DNA of 64,000 bases from Candidatus Latescibacterota bacterium (GTDB taxonomy: Bacteria; Latescibacterota; UBA2968; UBA8231), in NCBI GenBank assembly GCA_965219385.1, contig CBDCNM010000002.1:1482936-1546935 (forward strand), given 5' to 3'. Below the pieces are notes generated by a model that saw only the letters and a program-made list of their open reading frames with translations, was not told the origin of the DNA and made no database searches. The first letter of the stretch is position 1. Each line of letters opens with the position of its first letter. The translations under genes and the position numbers were made by a program. Shown piece after piece: positions 50,135-59,734 of the stretch.

Positions 50135-50532
50135 ATCTGGGATGGTGCGTGTAGAAGGAAGGGAATCTAGGTTTGAAGGTTGAATGGATTGGGATAGTTG
50201 GACCGCAATTCAGCTTGTTTGGGCAGGACAGGAGGGGATTGAATGTGGGTCGGATCGTCGACATACGGTGACATATCCCACAGCAGTACCATGCCGTCAC
50301 TACTCCCTGTAGCCAGGAGACGGCCGTTAGGAGAGAATATCTTGCGGGTAATTTCTTTTGTATGACCAAGAAGTCGGTTGATAGAATCGGGATGATTCAC
50401 GTTCCATATCCAGAGCGTGTCAAACCAACTACTGGCTACAGTGACGCCATCGGGCGCCAGTATGGAGGGAGGAATCAATTTATATCCTTTTCTGGTTTCC
50501 TTTATAATTTCAGTAGGATTGGGAGTGAGCAT
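50135..50532 (-). pseudogene. WD40-repeat protein remnant with the start of a T9SS/FlgD-type C-terminal domain
   Basis: GHTKEI..FSPNGRLLATGSSDGMVLLWD followed by LRSNYPNPFN, then a stop. Confidence 0.7.
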
Positions 50533-50555
50533 AGGAGGATTTCTGTCTATGTTCC

Positions 50556-50789
50556 TTAAACTGACCGGAGTGAAGGCTCATTCAAAATAGACTGAATGAG
50601 AGCTTCAAGTTCTTTTGCGACAGACTCATCTTGATTAAGTCTCGCTGCATAAACTGAAAACTCCATTCTTTCGAGGAATTCGTCTGTACTGATAATTCCT
50701 TTTCCCTTGAGATGGGAGAAGTTCAACCAGTCCAAGCCCATTGACTGGTCACTTGCTATTAAATGGTCTATTGCTATTGCACTGTTCAT
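50556..50789 (-). CDS. Small hypothetical protein or fragment
   Basis: MNSAIAID... ORF in low-GC DNA. Confidence 0.3.
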   Translation of the reverse strand: MNSAIAIDHLIASDQSMGLDWLNFSHLKGKGIISTDEFLERMEFSVYAARLNQDESVAKELEALIQSILNEPSLRSV

Positions 50790-51271
50790 GGCTTTAGTTT
50801 CCGGTATATGTCGAAGATATAAAAGCAGCCAATCAAGCAGCGGATAATGCAGAGTGGCTTGAGAATTGTCGAGACAAATTGCAGAGTAAATGGAAACAAA
50901 TGAAGGACAAGATTCCAGCGTTGAAGAAGGAAAGACTTCAAGCGTACAGAAGGTTTCGTAATGCTGCTCAAGGTGTGGAATTGTTGATAGCAAAGAATCC
51001 TCCTCGACTCAAGCCTCCTCCTTTCCTCTCCCCTGACCTGGTTCAAATTGATCTCGATGACGTGTATCAGTGATGTTGTTGATAGTGACTTACCCACACA
51101 AGAAGGAAAATAGAATGGAACATATAGACTCCCTGATATCCCAGGTAGGATTATCTATTTTTAGGACTTGTGGTTCTCTGGTGAATATTAATTGAATAGA
51201 CCAAACAAGGAGGCGCTTTGTCGGCTAGTCTTATTCAATTTGAGTGAGGTCGATGATTTTGTTTAATCTTT

Positions 51272-52228
51272 TCAATCTACCGCCATCAAACTATCCAGAT
51301 AATCGGCTATCGCTATGCGTCCCCTTCGGCGGGCTTGTTCGGCGGCGGTCTCTCCATCTGAGTTTCGCAAGTCGAGGTTGGCGCCCGAGGAGACCAGCAA
51401 GCGCACATGGTCCTCATGGCCCCGCCAGGCGGCGGTCATTAAGGCGGTACTGCCGGTTTCGTTTTGCCAATTGACCCAGGCACCCTTTTCGATGAGATAG
51501 GTCATGATGGCTAATGACTCCTCTAGGTTGTGAAAGACTGCTGCCCACAAAGGGGTTTTGGTCGGCTGAGCTCTCATGGATATTTTCCTCGCCCGAGATA
51601 CCTGGTTGACACTGGCCCCTTGTTCTACTAAATATTGCACAATGAGCAATTGACCCGGACCTCCCCAGCATGCGCCGATTAACGGTGTATCCGCATAGAT
51701 GTCAGACCATGAAACATTGGCTCCTCGCTGGACTAGCAATTTGACCAGAGATAATGGTCCGCTGTTGACTGCGTGCATCAAGGCGGTGCTTTCGGACTCA
51801 TCAAATACGTCTACCTCGACTCCTTGATCTAGGAAATAGAGAGCGACTGAAGGTCTTCCATGTCTGGCGGCGATGTGCAATACGTGCAATACGGGGGGCA
51901 TTCCTCCCTCAGGATACTCTGGCCGTCCATAAATGCCCCGGAGTGCTCCTCGGTCCGTGTATCCTTGCTCTCCGAGCCATTGTAGCCGTTGATGCACACT
52001 CATAATACCGGACTCCACCCAGAAGCGCACTTGGAACAGGTCTCCTTCCTCAATAGCCGATGCCCAAGCCGGTATGCCGAACCATTCTTCCCGCGGCCTA
52101 AGATCTCTATTGTGACTTTGTGAAGTGGTAATCTTGGCTGCTGGCTCCAATACGGGTCTTGCTGGTGGGTTAGAACCACAGCCTATGCAAACGAGTAAAA
52201 TCACACCGGATAATCGAACTACATCCAT
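51272..52228 (-). CDS. Ankyrin-repeat lipoprotein
   Basis: Lipobox-like CIGC; repeats LHIAA, TALMHA, TPLIGA, TPLWAA, TALMTAA with GANV/GASVN linkers. Confidence 0.9.
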   Translation of the reverse strand: MDVVRLSGVILLVCIGCGSNPPARPVLEPAAKITTSQSHNRDLRPREEWFGIPAWASAIEEGDLFQVRFWVESGIMSVHQRLQWLGEQGYTDRGALRGIYGRPEYPEGGMPPVLHVLHIAARHGRPSVALYFLDQGVEVDVFDESESTALMHAVNSGPLSLVKLLVQRGANVSWSDIYADTPLIGACWGGPGQLLIVQYLVEQGASVNQVSRARKISMRAQPTKTPLWAAVFHNLEESLAIMTYLIEKGAWVNWQNETGSTALMTAAWRGHEDHVRLLVSSGANLDLRNSDGETAAEQARRRGRIAIADYLDSLMAVD

Positions 52229-52357
52229 TGTCTAACACTCCAATCGTTTGTTGTGTGTAGAATATAAAGAATATATTCATCTCCATCAAACTCTCGTATA
52301 TAGTTATAGCAGAGACATTTAGTCGGATTTCTTAGGTTTGGCAACGTGAGGTTTCCT

Positions 52358-53770
52358 GTGACCCTGTTTACTATATTCGAAAAGTTTCCAGATCAACAAT
52401 CCTGCATTGACCACCTGGAGTCGATTCGCTGGCCCGATCATGCTAGCTGTCCTTCCTGCAAAAGCCTCAGAGTAGCCCGCAAGAAGGACAGGGATCTCTT
52501 GGGCCGTTGGAATTGTCATAACTGCCGATCCTCTTTTACTGTCCTCTCTGGCACAATCTTCTCCGGTACTAAAATTCCTCTTCAGAAATGGTTCCTCGCC
52601 ATTGTTCTGATGTCCGATTCCAAGAAATCATTGTCGAGTTACCAGCTAGCTAGACACCTGGATATGAACCAGAAGTCAGCCTACAATATCCAGCAGAAAA
52701 TCCGTCAAGCTATGAAGGGCGAGGAGTCCGAGCTTTTGGAGGGTATTGTCGAAGCCGATGAAACTTAGAGGCCCTAACAAAACTCTTTGAGGTACTTCCA
52801 ACAGATGAGAATACATCCGATGTCGAGAAAGGCTTCATGGAGATCACCTCGTCGCTCCCAGCGGACTCGAAGCCGACGGAATTGGTGCAACCATGCCAAC
52901 GTTCGTTCCACCACCCACCGATAGACGCCCAAGCCGCTGCCGTGGGCTTGCCCTCGCCGAGCCAACACCGAGCCGATGCCCCGCTTACGCAAGGCGCGCC
53001 GATGGGCTTGCGAATCATAGGCCCGATCCCCTTGCACCCGATCCGGCCGACGACGCGGGCGGCCGACCCGACCGGCCACCGGGGGTATGCGATCCACCAA
53101 CGGCAACAGCTGCGTCACATCATGCCGATGGGCCCCCGTCACCCCCGCCGCCAACGGCACCCCTTGGGCATCGGTGATTACATGGTGTTTGCTACCGGGT
53201 TTGCCGCGGTCCGTCGGATTGGGACCGGTGTGCGCCCCCCCCCAACCGCCCGCACCGAGGCACTATCGACCACCGCACGAGACCAATCAATCCGGTCGGC
53301 GGCCCTCAGTCGGTTCAACAGGATATGATGGACTCTTTTCCAGACCCCGGCTTGTTGCCAAGCGTGCAGGCGACGCCAACAGGTCATCCCCGAACCGCAC
53401 CCCATCTCTTGAGGCAAATACTCCCAAGGGATACCCGTCTTGAGCACAAAGAGAATGCCGGTCAGCACCCTACGGTTATCCAGCCGAGGCCGCCCCCCTT
53501 GGGGGCCAACGGTTACGGGGGGCAAAACCGGTTCAATCAAGGCCCATAACCCATCGTCGAGTAACGGCTTGGCCATCAAAAACACCTCCATATCAAGACG
53601 GTAGAAGCAATACCGAAGAGGATAAGAATATAATGAAGCCTATACGCGATTCCAAGGTTTTGTTAGAGACTCTTATATAGGTGGGAAGCCTCGGAACAAG
53701 AATAAGAACAATAAAGGTGGACCTGTCGGTAAGATTTCGGTGGTTGGGGCAGTTCAACGGGATGGCAAAG
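52358..53770 (+). pseudogene. IS1595-family transposase, interrupted by IS5 and truncated
   Basis: Zn ribbon CPSC..CHNC, GTIFSGTKIPLQKWF; VEADET|YIGGK is restored when the IS5 is removed. Confidence 0.88.
52768..53672 (-). mobile_element. Complete IS5-family element (905 bp) with TTA target duplication
   Basis: Terminal IRs GAGGCCCTAACAAAAC / GAGTCTCTAACAAAAC; TTA at 52765-52767 and 53673-53675; two transposase ORFs meeting at a G9 run (53235-53243). Confidence 0.93.
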
Positions 53771-53785
53771 AGGGTGATTCTAAGC

Positions 53786-53992
53786 ATGGAACCTGTAAAT
53801 TGGACTCAAACTGGTGTTTTTACTGGCATTATGTTGGCAGCTTTTGTGGCTCTTTGGCGCTTGAATCACGCGGATATGCAGAATATCAGATCTGATATTA
53901 AGGAATTGCGTGGGGTGGTAAACAATTTGGTCCGAAGTGTGGGCCGTATTGAGGGGTATATTGGAAGGAGAAAGGAAAAGGAAGAGTCTTAA
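53786..53992 (+). CDS. Small protein with one TM helix and a coiled coil
   Basis: MEPVNWTQTGVFTGIMLAAFVALW..IRSDIKELRG..VGRIEGYI. Confidence 0.6.
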   Translation: MEPVNWTQTGVFTGIMLAAFVALWRLNHADMQNIRSDIKELRGVVNNLVRSVGRIEGYIGRRKEKEES

Positions 53993-54102
53993 TTTGTATT
54001 GAGATTGGTTAGTAGGCTGTAACTGCCACGCTTTGAGCGAGTCAAGGAACTTGTCCCGATCTTTCGGTCTTAGGTAGTGGCAGTTACGGCTCTTTTGTTA
54101 TG

Positions 54103-55995
54103 ACCCCAGTAGTCGGGTAATCCTTCCTGATGAAAAGGCTTGCAAAATCGCCAAGGAACAGAAGGAAGGCAGGTTTCAATACCCCAGTAGTCGGGTAATC
54201 CTTCCTGATGCACGTCAAATTCCAGTTTTGCACGGGCGGCCCTGAGTTTCAATACCCCAGTAGTCGGGTAATCCTTCCTGATCTGTCTCGCCCCGCACCC
54301 ACAAGCGCCGCTCCGCCTGGTTTCAATACCCCAGTAGTCGGGTAATCCTTCCTGATGCACAATGAAAATCAAAATCATCCACGACCACGACAAGTTTCAA
54401 TACCCCAGTAGTCGGGTAATCCTTCCTGATCTGTCTCGCCCCGCACCCACAAGCGCCGCTCCGCCTGGTTTCAATACCCCAGTAGTCGGGTAATCCTTCC
54501 TGATGCACAATGAAAATCAAAATCATCCACGACCACGACAAGTTTCAATACCCCAGTAGTCGGGTAATCCTTCCTGATCTGTCTCGCCCCGCACCCACAA
54601 GCGCCGCTCCGCCTGGTTTCAATACCCCAGTAGTCGGGTAATCCTTCCTGATCAGCTACACAAGAGTGCAAGATGTAATACCGATCCCCTGGTTTCAATA
54701 CCCCAGTAGTCGGGTAATCCTTCCTGATCGAGAAAAATCGTCTTTGCCGCCAAGGATTTAATTGTTTCAATACCCCAGTAGTCGGGTAATCCTTCCTGAT
54801 CCAGATGAAAAGATTCTATCAACTATATACTGATAAGTTTCAATACCCCAGTAGTCGGGTAATCCTTCCTGATGAGATATAGACAATGACACGACGACAT
54901 ATGGACTACACGTTTCAATACCCCAGTAGTCGGGTAATCCTTCCTGATGCACAGAATCGGCTCATTCATGCTCTGGGTTCTCTCTCGTTTCAATACCCCA
55001 GTAGTCGGGTAATCCTTCCTGATAAGATATCCAGGACGAACAACCTGGAACTACCCGTCAAGTTTCAATACCCCAGTAGTCGGGTAATCCTTCCTGATAT
55101 GGGCATTATGTCCGACAACAACCGGTCTCGTACGAGTTTCAATACCCCAGTAGTCGGGTAATCCTTCCTGATATGGGGACTGCATCTACTGCGGATTCCC
55201 GCTCGATAAGTTTCAATACCCCAGTAGTCGGGTAATCCTTCCTGATCCAATAAAGTAGCCCTCCACGAGCGGGCAGGGTTGAAGGTTTCAATACCCCAGT
55301 AGTCGGGTAATCCTTCCTGATGGGAGCAGTCAAGGAACAGCGAAAAGCACGCGTGCAAGCCCGTTTCAATACCCCAGTAGTCGGGTAATCCTTCCTGATA
55401 AGACGCGTAGCGGGTATTACCGCGTGTTGGAGGACGGTTTCAATACCCCAGTAGTCGGGTAATCCTTCCTGATGAGCTACAAACATCTTCACTGAAGCGA
55501 CCGCCTGCACGTTTCAATACCCCAGTAGTCGGGTAATCCTTCCTGATTTTCAAAACTTGTAATGATGCTAAATTGTGGATACGAGTTTCAATACCCCAGT
55601 AGTCGGGTAATCCTTCCTGATAATCTACCGAGAAACAACAACGGCTATTGGCGCAATTAGTTTCAATACCCCAGTAGTCGGGTAATCCTTCCTGATCTGG
55701 TCGACCCGTACGAACTGTTCAGCCAGGAGGAGCGTTTCAATACCCCAGTAGTCGGGTAATCCTTCCTGATTGGACGCGAACGCCGCTCAGTCGGCACAGC
55801 TGAAAGAGTTTCAATACCCCAGTAGTCGGGTAATCCTTCCTGATATGCGAACCCTGACCACAAGAGAAATTTTACCCCTCATGTTTCAATACCCCAGTAG
55901 TCGGGTAATCCTTCCTGATTTGAGCCGGCAGGTGCCGGATTGGGCTCCGATCGAATATGTTTCAATACCCCAGTAGTCGGGTAATCCTTCCTGAT
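54103..55995 (-). CRISPR. Main CRISPR array: 25 full 37-bp repeats plus 1 truncated, 25 spacers of 35-41 bp (22 unique)
   Basis: Minus-strand repeat ATCAGGAAGGATTACCCGACTACTGGGGTATTGAAAC (TACCC/GGGTA stem, 3' ATTGAAAC); degenerate repeat at the left (trailer) end. Confidence 0.98.
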
Positions 55996-56297
55996 CCCGC
56001 CCGTGTTATTTCCTGTCTCGCAGGCAATTGCAAGGCGGTTCTCGACTCAGGCCATTTTGACAGATAAAACGCTTCCAAAAATAAAAACCTGCACTGAAGC
56101 ACCTGTTCATAATGCTCACTCCTGCAAAGGGTTAGAAATTTGCGACCCACCAGAACATGACAAAATACATCTAATCCTCACGCGCGCTGTTCGATACAAG
56201 CTCAAACTGCCAGTATGGCATTACCAGACGCTTATGGGTCGCATCCACCTGTCTGAGCCTGCCTGTGACCTGGCAAACAGGTGGCCACATAGTCAGA
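55996..56297 (-). promoter_or_regulatory. CRISPR leader
   Basis: Non-coding DNA between cas2 and the first repeat. Confidence 0.75.
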
Positions 56298-56579
56298 TCA
56301 AACAATCACATAGTCCTCGTGTTTCGGTACGGGATGTTCGCATTCGGAAATCCCTTCAATCCGCTTCTTACATGCGGCACACAGGTGATAATAACACACC
56401 CGATCGTCTTCGGGATCAATCAATTCTGATAGCTTGGATCGCAGCTCAACAAAGTGCCGCTCCTGCAACTCGCATTCAAAAACGCTCTTCTGCCGCCGCG
56501 ACCCATAATCCTCCATCAACTTCATCACCCGCCGCAATCTGCGCTTGTCTGCAATATCGTAGGCCACAACCACGAACAT
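56298..56579 (-). CDS. cas2: CRISPR-associated endonuclease Cas2
   Basis: VVAYDIADKRRL..YGSRRQKSVFEC. Confidence 0.96.
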   Translation of the reverse strand: MFVVVAYDIADKRRLRRVMKLMEDYGSRRQKSVFECELQERHFVELRSKLSELIDPEDDRVCYYHLCAACKKRIEGISECEHPVPKHEDYVIV

Positions 56580-56683
56580 CGCTCTCAGCTCCGGACGCTA
56601 AACCTGAGCAGGGTTTTCTGAATTGGCAGGATTTGCAGGCTGAAAAAACCTTCAGTCTCCACCCTACCAGCCCCTAATCCCAA

Positions 56684-57685
56684 TCATCGAATTAGAAACG
56701 GCAGATACGCGGCCTCCTCACCACGCAACATGCGAATCAGTCGCCGTGCCTGCAATTCAAAACATTGGCGATAGGGAATCTTTTGCACCTGCCCGTCGTG
56801 CCCCAGATATTGAACCACGACAGCCACCCGGTCCTGATAGGCGCGAATCAATCGCCGGCGCCCGTCGTCACACACAAACACACCCCCATCGCGCTGTTCA
56901 AAATCCTCTGTTTTCATCTGCCCATGATTCAACAAATCCAGCACCATTGCATCCACAATCACCGGTCGAAATTCCTCCATCACATCCAGCGCAAGCGACG
57001 GCCGCCCGTAATCTACAAGGTGCAGATAACCGATATAGGGATCCAATCCCACGCGCAAAACAGCCGATTCCAGGTCGGAAGACAGAAGCGTATAACCAAA
57101 GCTCAACATGGCATTGACGGGGTCTTTGGGCGGGCGCCGCGTGCGTTTGACAAACGGAAACGCGTCGGGCAAAAACCGACCCAGCGCATCGAAATATGTC
57201 GCTGTAGCCGCGCCTTCAACCCCGCGCAACGCATGGGCATCTTCAATGCGATCCACCTGTCTTAAAAGCGAGCGCAATCGATGCGCGGTTTGTGCAACAT
57301 CCTGGTTTCGCCGTCGGGCAAGGCGCATCACAAGCGTGCGCATATTGCGAATTTTGCCCGACACAAACCCACGCGCAGCACCCAGTCGAAAACCTTCGTC
57401 CTCATACCGCCGATATTGGATCTGCCGAAGAATCACATTGCGACCCTCCGGCCCAATCAACCGACCGCGATAACTCCCCGTGGCGCTCAGCAACACGAGA
57501 TCAATGCCCTGCATCAGAGCCGCATTCATCGCCGCGGGCGTAATCCCGATATTGCCAAACAAAACCACCTGATCCAGGTCAAACACAGGCAATGCCTGGA
57601 GCTTCTTCTTGCCCTTCCACACGGCCAAACGCTGTCCTTCCCGCCGCACCTGAGCACCGGGTTCGGTCACATAGAGCACGGCCAC
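56684..57685 (-). CDS. cas1: CRISPR-associated integrase Cas1
   Basis: RGVEG, RRPPKDPVNAMLSFGY, GLDPYIGYLH, LALDVMEEFRP; AGGAGG RBS before GTG. Confidence 0.97.
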   Translation of the reverse strand: MAVLYVTEPGAQVRREGQRLAVWKGKKKLQALPVFDLDQVVLFGNIGITPAAMNAALMQGIDLVLLSATGSYRGRLIGPEGRNVILRQIQYRRYEDEGFRLGAARGFVSGKIRNMRTLVMRLARRRNQDVAQTAHRLRSLLRQVDRIEDAHALRGVEGAATATYFDALGRFLPDAFPFVKRTRRPPKDPVNAMLSFGYTLLSSDLESAVLRVGLDPYIGYLHLVDYGRPSLALDVMEEFRPVIVDAMVLDLLNHGQMKTEDFEQRDGGVFVCDDGRRRLIRAYQDRVAVVVQYLGHDGQVQKIPYRQCFELQARRLIRMLRGEEAAYLPFLIR

Positions 57686-57754
57686 ATCACACCTCCTGAA
57701 CACCCGGGAAGGCGAGCGTCTCCCTCGCCTGGCCCTTGGTCCCCATAAAAAATC

Positions 57755-59677
57755 TCAATACACGACCTCCTCAACACCAACCTGCAACCGCCCCTCTCCA
57801 TCTGCTGTCACAACCCAAACACCGGTGGATATTTTACCCTTGCGATCGCGCAACAAGTCGCGCACCACATCTTCTGCCTGCGCCAAGTCGGTCATAACTT
57901 GCGCAGCTTTCCGACGCAGGGAAACATACCGGTCCACAGCCTCGCCATTGTGCGGTCGATCCGCTCGTCCCATACCTGCCGTAAACGACGCATCAATATG
58001 CAGCACAGGGGAGGGATACCCCCCTTCGGGCAAATCAAACTCGCAGGCGCATGGCACGGTTTCAACGAGGTCGGGCAAATGGCTGCGAATTTTGGGACAT
58101 CCTATGGGATGCGAAGGCAACCGCCCGATATGGTAATCTGTCACCTCGGCCTTGTAATCTGCGCAGGCGCCAATCACCGCATGCAAAAAAGCGCGCCCCC
58201 GTTCGCCAACATGCCCAAACACACACTTCAAAACATGGCGCTCAATATGTGCAAGATGCGCCGTTGCAAAGGCTTTCTCTGTGAGCGCGCGAATAACCGC
58301 GCACCCCTGCAAAACCGGTTGAAACTCTGGAAACTGCTTTTCCAGATCGGCCTTCTCCAGCGGGGTAGCGGTATGGTCATCCTGTCCGACCAGACGAGAA
58401 ACCGCATGGTCAAACCCATGGACATCAACGGGTTTGGCATCGCGTAAAACGCCGCCTTGATCTGCGACAGCACGCCCTTCCGGATCGACAAACAAAGCCC
58501 GCCGCCCGGTCTTGCGATGCACCCCCAGAGGCAGCTTGATCAAATTGCCCAGTTCATCTTCACCAACGGCATCCTGCTTGGGAAAAAGCTCCCACTGCAA
58601 TTCCTCTGACGACGGCCCAAACCGCTTTACAAACGCACGACCAAATTTGCGAAGGTCACCCGCCCGCACAGTGCTCTGAAAAAATAGCCATACATGCGCC
58701 CCCTTGTGCCCGCTGTCTTCCACATACACCGGGAGATTGAGCGACGCAAACCCCGCACAAACCCGCCGCATGTCTTTGCACACTTGCGCCCGCAACGCAT
58801 CCATCAAAGCGTCATTTTGCTGCGCCTTGTGGAGTGCCTCTTTTTTTATGTCGATATCCAGTGCCAAAAATTGTGCTTTATCCCCTTCAAAAACGGGATA
58901 CACGCCAACCGTTGCATCCCCCCGAAGGTGGGATTGGATCACATCCACGGTCAGGGCTTCACGAACCGGTACATAGCCCGCCTTACCGTCATCATCGATC
59001 CATTGGCGTGCATAAACGTCTTCTCGACCAGCAAACAAGGCCAACATCCGCGCTGCAACATCCGATTGGCTTTCGACTTCTACACCCGGAAACGCCTCGG
59101 ACGATTTCAACTGCGCCGACACCAACTGCCTTCCCGCCAGCGCACCCGCATGGTCTGGCACGAGATCGAGCACCCGGCCATACAACTCCTGCGCCAGACC
59201 CATCATACCGTCCTCTTCGTAGAGCCGCGCCAGTTCAAATATCCCATCAACGTGATCTGCTTGATGCTGAATGAGCTTCTGCAGAAGCGACTGGGCCAGG
59301 CCGTTTTCATTTCGCTCAACCTGCAACATCGCCAGACCAAACAGAGACTTTGCATCATAAGGACACTGTGCCAGGTACGCCTGATAGATTTCAACGGCGG
59401 CCTGAACATTATTCAGCTCTTCTGCCAGCGCACCCCAATTGGCAAACGCATCATCCACCGGCAAATCGCGCCACCGATCGAGCAGAGCATGTGCCCTGTC
59501 CTGCTCGCCTCGGATCAGCGCCACGCGCACCATCAACTGATGCGCCCGATTGCAGCCCGGATCACGCGCACTCGCTTCCGAGGCCAATGCCTCCACACCA
59601 TCCACGTCGTTTTGCTCCAAAAGCACCTGCGCCTTTTCACACAGGGTATCAACAAGAGAAACAGCAGAGGTCGCCAT
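57755..59677 (-). CDS. CRISPR-associated primase-polymerase (TPR + AEP + PriL-C-like domain)
   Basis: N-terminal TPRs; FAGREDVYARQW, LDID, DSGHKGAHVW, LGNLIKLPLG; Cys-rich C-terminus; directly upstream of cas1. Confidence 0.9.
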   Translation of the reverse strand: MATSAVSLVDTLCEKAQVLLEQNDVDGVEALASEASARDPGCNRAHQLMVRVALIRGEQDRAHALLDRWRDLPVDDAFANWGALAEELNNVQAAVEIYQAYLAQCPYDAKSLFGLAMLQVERNENGLAQSLLQKLIQHQADHVDGIFELARLYEEDGMMGLAQELYGRVLDLVPDHAGALAGRQLVSAQLKSSEAFPGVEVESQSDVAARMLALFAGREDVYARQWIDDDGKAGYVPVREALTVDVIQSHLRGDATVGVYPVFEGDKAQFLALDIDIKKEALHKAQQNDALMDALRAQVCKDMRRVCAGFASLNLPVYVEDSGHKGAHVWLFFQSTVRAGDLRKFGRAFVKRFGPSSEELQWELFPKQDAVGEDELGNLIKLPLGVHRKTGRRALFVDPEGRAVADQGGVLRDAKPVDVHGFDHAVSRLVGQDDHTATPLEKADLEKQFPEFQPVLQGCAVIRALTEKAFATAHLAHIERHVLKCVFGHVGERGRAFLHAVIGACADYKAEVTDYHIGRLPSHPIGCPKIRSHLPDLVETVPCACEFDLPEGGYPSPVLHIDASFTAGMGRADRPHNGEAVDRYVSLRRKAAQVMTDLAQAEDVVRDLLRDRKGKISTGVWVVTADGEGRLQVGVEEVVY

Positions 59678-59734
59678 AAGGGGAGACTCCTTTCTTTCAG
59701 GTCTGGGTGCGGTGACGTACAGGGTGGGCATGGG

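Noticed and set aside
54132..55958. Self-targeting spacers
   Set aside because: No match seen within the window by eye; an exhaustive or genome-wide search was not possible.
54070..56150. ORFs with repeating HQEGLPDYWGIET / SGRITRLLGY
   Set aside because: They are translations of CRISPR repeats, not proteins.
56684..59731. RT-Cas1 or Cas4-Cas1 fusion
   Set aside because: Cas1 is stand-alone length, and the upstream gene has AEP motifs rather than YADD or Cas4 motifs.
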